Origin: an uncultured Candidatus Scalindua sp.
GTDB lineage: Bacteria; Planctomycetota; Brocadiia; Brocadiales; Scalinduaceae
NCBI GenBank assembly: GCA_964584595.1
Contig: CAZPAM010000006.1
Coordinates: forward strand, 814-64,813
DNA length: 64,000 nt
Reading direction: 5' to 3'
How positions within the stretch are numbered: the first letter of the stretch is position 1; every line of letters begins with the position of its first letter. The notes beneath the pieces were generated by a model. It ran no database searches, was not told the DNA's origin, and saw only the letters and a list, made by a program, of their open reading frames with translations. Positions 60,073 through 64,000 of this stretch are shown piece after piece. The position numbers and the translations under genes are program-made.

Positions 60073-60714
60073 ATGAAAATTAAAATGAAAGCAATCGCTG
60101 AGAACAGAGGCTGTTACTATGGATTTCTGTCTACTGTCTATCTGCATGAACCAACCAGGAAATTTATTAAATCACTTAGAGAATCAAAACTTTTAGACGC
60201 CTTGAATAAATCAGATTTACGTCTTGATAAACAAATCAATAATGATGTCAGCGATAAAAATCTTAATGATTTAGTACTGGAATACACCCGTTTGTTTATC
60301 GGGCCCGGCAAGCATATTGCTCCCTATGAGTCTGTATACAGAGACAATGATGATGCCCTCTGGAGTGACACGACGGCAAGAGTCAAAAATTTCATAGAAT
60401 CGTCAGGGTTAAGATATTCTTGTAACTGGTCAGGCCTGCCTGACCACATAGGAGTTGAGCTCGAATTTATGCAATGGCTTACCCGTCACGAAAAAGATGC
60501 ATGGACAAGGGGCGACAAAGAAACAGCCATTCGTTGCCTGGAATTTGAGAAGAAATTTATCGATGATCATCTCAGCCAATGGGTACCTATCTTTTGTGAT
60601 AAAGTGAAGGAAGAGACACGAACTGCCTTTTATGGAGAGATGGCCGAGTTAACCAGGCAGTTTATTGTTTTCGATAGTAAACTGATTGAGAGTAACCTGG
60701 TTAGCCACGGATAA
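60073..60714 (+). CDS. TorD/DmsD family Tat/Moco chaperone
   Basis: EYTRLFIGP, PYESVY, PDHIGVELEFM, HLSQWVP. Confidence 0.93.
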   Translation: MKIKMKAIAENRGCYYGFLSTVYLHEPTRKFIKSLRESKLLDALNKSDLRLDKQINNDVSDKNLNDLVLEYTRLFIGPGKHIAPYESVYRDNDDALWSDTTARVKNFIESSGLRYSCNWSGLPDHIGVELEFMQWLTRHEKDAWTRGDKETAIRCLEFEKKFIDDHLSQWVPIFCDKVKEETRTAFYGEMAELTRQFIVFDSKLIESNLVSHG

Positions 60715-60720
60715 AGCACG

Positions 60721-60745
60721 CCTGCCCGCCAGTTTGTTAGGCGGG
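60721..60745 (+). repeat. 25-nt hairpin mini-element (CCTG subtype)
   Basis: CCTGCCCGCCAGTTTGTTAGGCGGG interrupting CACG^GAT of a host repeat. Confidence 0.8.
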
Positions 60746-60870
60746 GATAAAACACTGATGTTAAAGACGAAAAAACAGAACTGGAATCCTCCAGAGATGG
60801 AGGAAATAGAAAAACGCAGAGCATCTTAAGAATGCAGGAATTGCAAGAAAATAGGCGGTTTATAACCATT

Positions 60871-61052
60871 TAGCGGAAATGCCAACATTGGCAAATCCGC
60901 TGAATGTCATGCTATTTGCCGAAAATGCCAGCCTGCCCGCCAGACTGTTAGGCGGGGATTGGCATAATGGATAAATAGCGCTAAGAGTAACCAGAGACAT
61001 TATTTGTGACTATTTGTGGAATATGGCAAGATTGCCAAAATCCCCGAATACC
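60871..61052. repeat. Cluster of three palindromes with ATG(G/C)CAA.ATTG(C/G)CA core
   Basis: 60871-60902, 60911-60980, 61009-61052; a further copy at 62606-62649 and a half copy at 62581-62602. Confidence 0.75.
60932..60956 (+). repeat. 25-nt hairpin mini-element (CCTG subtype)
   Basis: CCTGCCCGCCAGACTGTTAGGCGGG inserted at the palindrome centre CCAG^GAT. Confidence 0.8.
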
Positions 61053-61084
61053 TAACCATATTTGAGCAAAAATGGAGGAAACCA

Positions 61085-62113
61085 TTGTACGTGGTCAGAC
61101 CTATACATTCCGATGATTTACATGACCTGATAAAACTAACAAGAAAAATGTCTTATGGTATAACTTCCTTACCAAAAGATAAGGATATTTTGTATAAAAG
61201 GATATTGGAATCACAGGCTGGGTTTGCGAAAAAGGGAAAGCAACCAAGGGGTGAAAGGTATCTTTTTGCATTAGAAAGCCTCGATACCGGAAAAATGATT
61301 GGTGTCAGCGGGATAAATTCTAAAGTGGGCAAACTTGAACCATTTTATACCTATAAAATTGAAACTACTATACATGAGTCAAAAAAGATAAAAACGCGTA
61401 ATGAAATCCAGAGCCTCACTCCTATGGCAGTGCGTAATGGCCCTTGTGAAATTGGAAGCCTCTTTCTTTCTCCAAAAAAGAGGAAGTCAGGACTTGGTCG
61501 TCTTCTTTCATTATCCCGTTTTTTATTTATGGCAGAATATAAATACCTTTTCGATCCGTCCGTGATAGCAAAAATGCGAGGTGTTATCGATAAGAACGGT
61601 AGGTCTGCTTTTTGGGATGCTGTAGGAAAGCACTTTATTGACATTAATTTTCCAAAGGCAGATTATATCAGTACGATTAACAAGCAATTTATTGCAGAGC
61701 TTATGCCAAAACATCCGATTTATATACCCCTTATTACTAAAGATGCTCAGAAAGTAATCGGAAAGGTCCATAAGAACACGAAACCTGCCTTAAAAATGTT
61801 ACAAGAGGAAGGATTCAAACATAATGACATGATAGGTATTTTAACGGCAGGCCCGGTGTTGTGTTGCAACATAAAAGATATCCGTTCTGTGAAAGAAAGC
61901 ATAAAAAAAAAGATTGCTGAAATAAAAGACGAAGTAATTGATTCCGAACTTTTTATTATTTCTAATAGTTTAAAGAATTATCGTGCATGTTTAGGGCATC
62001 TTAAGATTGATTCTGCTGGTTCAGTACAAATAGAAAGGGAAATTGCAGCAGCCTTAAAGGTTAAAATAGGTGATCCTATCCGTTTTGTTTCTCTCTACCC
62101 TCCTTCTCTATAA
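61085..62113 (+). CDS. astA: Arginine N-succinyltransferase (AstA family)
   Basis: VVRP, TSLP, YLFALE, EIGSLFL, GRLLSLSRFLF, MRG...FWDA, LMPKHPIY; GGAGG SD before TTG 61085. Confidence 0.88.
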   Translation: MYVVRPIHSDDLHDLIKLTRKMSYGITSLPKDKDILYKRILESQAGFAKKGKQPRGERYLFALESLDTGKMIGVSGINSKVGKLEPFYTYKIETTIHESKKIKTRNEIQSLTPMAVRNGPCEIGSLFLSPKKRKSGLGRLLSLSRFLFMAEYKYLFDPSVIAKMRGVIDKNGRSAFWDAVGKHFIDINFPKADYISTINKQFIAELMPKHPIYIPLITKDAQKVIGKVHKNTKPALKMLQEEGFKHNDMIGILTAGPVLCCNIKDIRSVKESIKKKIAEIKDEVIDSELFIISNSLKNYRACLGHLKIDSAGSVQIEREIAAALKVKIGDPIRFVSLYPPSL

Positions 62114-62236
62114 AAATCCATCTTAAAGGGAAGGAATAGAGATTTAGCCACGGATAGACACGGATTTGCACTGATGTTAAAGACGAAAGGCATGAAGATT
62201 TACGATTTCCCGAACTAATTATGTCAATTGGGCAGG

Positions 62237-62261
62237 TTTACCCGACGTGTTATTTGGCGGG
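62237..62261 (+). repeat. 25-nt hairpin mini-element (TTTA subtype)
   Basis: TTTACCCGACGTGTTATTTGGCGGG within CAGG^CCTGACCCC. Confidence 0.7.
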
Positions 62262-62309
62262 CCTGACCCCATTTTTTTTTGAGTAATGCTGCATACCTAT
62301 ACTAGCTTA

Positions 62310-62570
62310 CTAGCTATATATCTTTTTTTTCTTCATTAAGGTAAACCGAACTAACAAGTTTATTAGCCCAAATGAAATCATTTTAAGTCCGTGCTTTCTT
62401 GCATCAGCGTTGGTAACAATTTCACTTCCCTCATATGTTGTTGACAAGCCTAGTAAATCCGCAATTCCAAATAACACAAAAACAGAACCTACAACCAAAC
62501 ATGCAAATCTGGTTTTGTTGTACACACCGTATACATTATCTATGCAAACATCTAGTATGTTTCTAATCAT
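62310..62570 (-). CDS. Small two-TM hypothetical protein
   Basis: 86-aa ORF with two hydrophobic segments and a basic tail. Confidence 0.5.
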   Translation of the reverse strand: MIRNILDVCIDNVYGVYNKTRFACLVVGSVFVLFGIADLLGLSTTYEGSEIVTNADARKHGLKMISFGLINLLVRFTLMKKKKIYS

Positions 62571-62776
62571 TTATACAACCCTTGCCAAAATCCACAAATA
62601 CCTGAGTATTTAGGAGAAATGGCAACATTGCCAAATCTCCTAAATAGCGATCTATCACGATGCTTTTCTCACGATTTCCCGAACTGACTGGCGGAACCCT
62701 ATTTTTCGTGCAAACCACATCTTACCAGTAATATCCCTGTGTATCCTGATATTGAACTTCTACATATCAAGTGTAA

Positions 62777-63409
62777 TCAGGGATTTTTCATGTTAGTAAA
62801 CAATGGTTTAATGACACTTTCTTCTATCTTTGGCGTATCTTTAATATCGATTAGTGGTAATGCTAAGGATTTCAATTTACATTTAACAAGACCCTCGTCC
62901 CTTGATTCCGTTTTTTTTACAAAACATTCCATATTCTCTAGTGTTAAATCCCAAATTTTACCATCATAACTTGAGTCATCAGAGAAAAAATGTCCTTTAC
63001 AATAATTCCCTTTATTATCCAAGAATGATACATTTTTCCAGAATGATTTTGCTTCTGTTTCATTACCATGATTGAAATACCCTGCTGTCAGGATTGGTTC
63101 TTCGAATTTACCTTTACCTTCTGGAGTGTAAACTGACTCATTATTACGATTATCGAGAATTACGGCAACATATAATAGTATATTAGTATAATTTTCATGT
63201 TGATAATATCGATAATATAATTCAGGTACCCAGTATTCAGGGAAGTCTATATGATACGAATTGCCCGACGTTGCCGTATTTTTTGTAATGGTAGACCAGC
63301 CATCTTTCTCAACGAGACTGTCAGCAGTCTGAAGAAGTGCCGATATTCCCTTGCATAAAGTGCGAATCTGAGTCATTAAAGTCAAAATATTCTTACCTTC
63401 TTCATTCAT
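62777..63409 (-). CDS. Hypothetical protein coupled to the upstream nuclease gene
   Basis: ATG 63409 after GGAGA, overlapping the upstream stop (ATGAATGA); Tyr/Trp-rich. Confidence 0.75.
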   Translation of the reverse strand: MNEEGKNILTLMTQIRTLCKGISALLQTADSLVEKDGWSTITKNTATSGNSYHIDFPEYWVPELYYRYYQHENYTNILLYVAVILDNRNNESVYTPEGKGKFEEPILTAGYFNHGNETEAKSFWKNVSFLDNKGNYCKGHFFSDDSSYDGKIWDLTLENMECFVKKTESRDEGLVKCKLKSLALPLIDIKDTPKIEESVIKPLFTNMKNP

Positions 63410-64000
63410 TATTATCTCCTTCAACAATTAATTTGCTGTTAAATCTCCACTTTACTTCTTTTACGGGATTTAGTGACCACTTAAACGACCTTGAGATGAG
63501 TGTCTTTGTGAACTTCCAAGTAATCGGGACTACAGAAGGAGTAGATATTCCTTCATAGAACTTAAGCCCTAGCTTATCACGAAGAGCTTTTGAGATATCT
63601 TTTACTATCTCACTTTCTTCAGGTAATAAGGGGAAATGTCTCCAAGATAGCCAATATATTTCTCCCTTACTCATATCTTTTTTTCTTAATTCGTCTTGTG
63701 ATTCCTTGATTTGTTCTATAGGAAAGCCAAAATCTGCAGTCAAATAGACAAGATATGGAGTTGCATTCTGAACTTCGGATCTTCGTTTAAGATTAGACCA
63801 TTCTTTAGCTAGTTGATCATTTGGTTCTTCAGATTCATCTCTATGTGAAGATTTCCCACTGCGATACTTTGCTTCTATCAGTATAAATATTTTAGAGTCT
63901 TTTGGTTTCCGCCGAGTAATCGTAATAAGAACATCCGGCTCACAAGGCTTACAATTTTTCTCTTCAAGTCGAGGCCAAAATTCGTAAACAACTTTATTCT
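63402..64000 (-). CDS. PD-(D/E)XK nuclease-family protein, 5'-truncated by the window
   Basis: Frame open to the window edge: YEFWP...CEPDVLI...ILIEAKY...DQLAKEW...LVYLT. Confidence 0.75.
   Translation of the reverse strand, partial: NKVVYEFWPRLEEKNCKPCEPDVLITITRRKPKDSKIFILIEAKYRSGKSSHRDESEEPNDQLAKEWSNLKRRSEVQNATPYLVYLTADFGFPIEQIKESQDELRKKDMSKGEIYWLSWRHFPLLPEESEIVKDISKALRDKLGLKFYEGISTPSVVPITWKFTKTLISRSFKWSLNPVKEVKWRFNSKLIVEGDNNE

Noticed and set aside
61016-61084. GTG start for astA
   Set aside because: Lies within a palindromic repeat; GGAGG plus TTG 61085 gives the family-like N-terminus
1-64000. tRNA, rRNA, IS transposase, integrase or prophage genes
   Set aside because: None recognised in the ORF track or intergenic gaps; a tRNAscan/Infernal run would be needed to exclude small RNAs

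Overview
A 64 kb, AT-rich, gene-dense bacterial chromosomal segment. Gene content and style (many Cache/PAS histidine kinases, sigma54 promoters, planctomycete-like HldE) suggest an anammox planctomycete such as Ca. Scalindua; this is inference only. Housekeeping genes: hemB, plsY, recG-aspS-hisS, bioF, cutA, hldE-gmhA, rpmE-prfA-prmC, trxB, dksA. Signalling: a ~12 kb two-component cluster with five single-domain receivers, an orphan cheW and an NtrC-type regulator, plus cyclic-nucleotide genes (GAF-GAF-PAS class III cyclase, cNMP-FHA protein, GAF-HD-GYP, MBL hydrolase). Also a Tat-exported molybdopterin enzyme operon with no membrane anchor. Best leads: (i) a 1.4k-aa TIR-TM-beta-propeller-TPR gene and a TM-TPR gene, each behind a copy of the same ~150-190 bp promoter/leader cassette; (ii) a protein of five 36-aa repeats directly upstream of the cyclase; (iii) an ATP-grasp plus M20 peptidase pair; (iv) a 25-nt hairpin element inserted into other repeats without target duplication; (v) a probably inactive TIR-TPR gene divergent from the cNMP-FHA gene; (vi) a PD-(D/E)XK nuclease gene pair at the right edge. 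No rRNA, tRNA, CRISPR array, transposase or prophage gene was recognised. All product calls come from motif reading by eye, not database searches.
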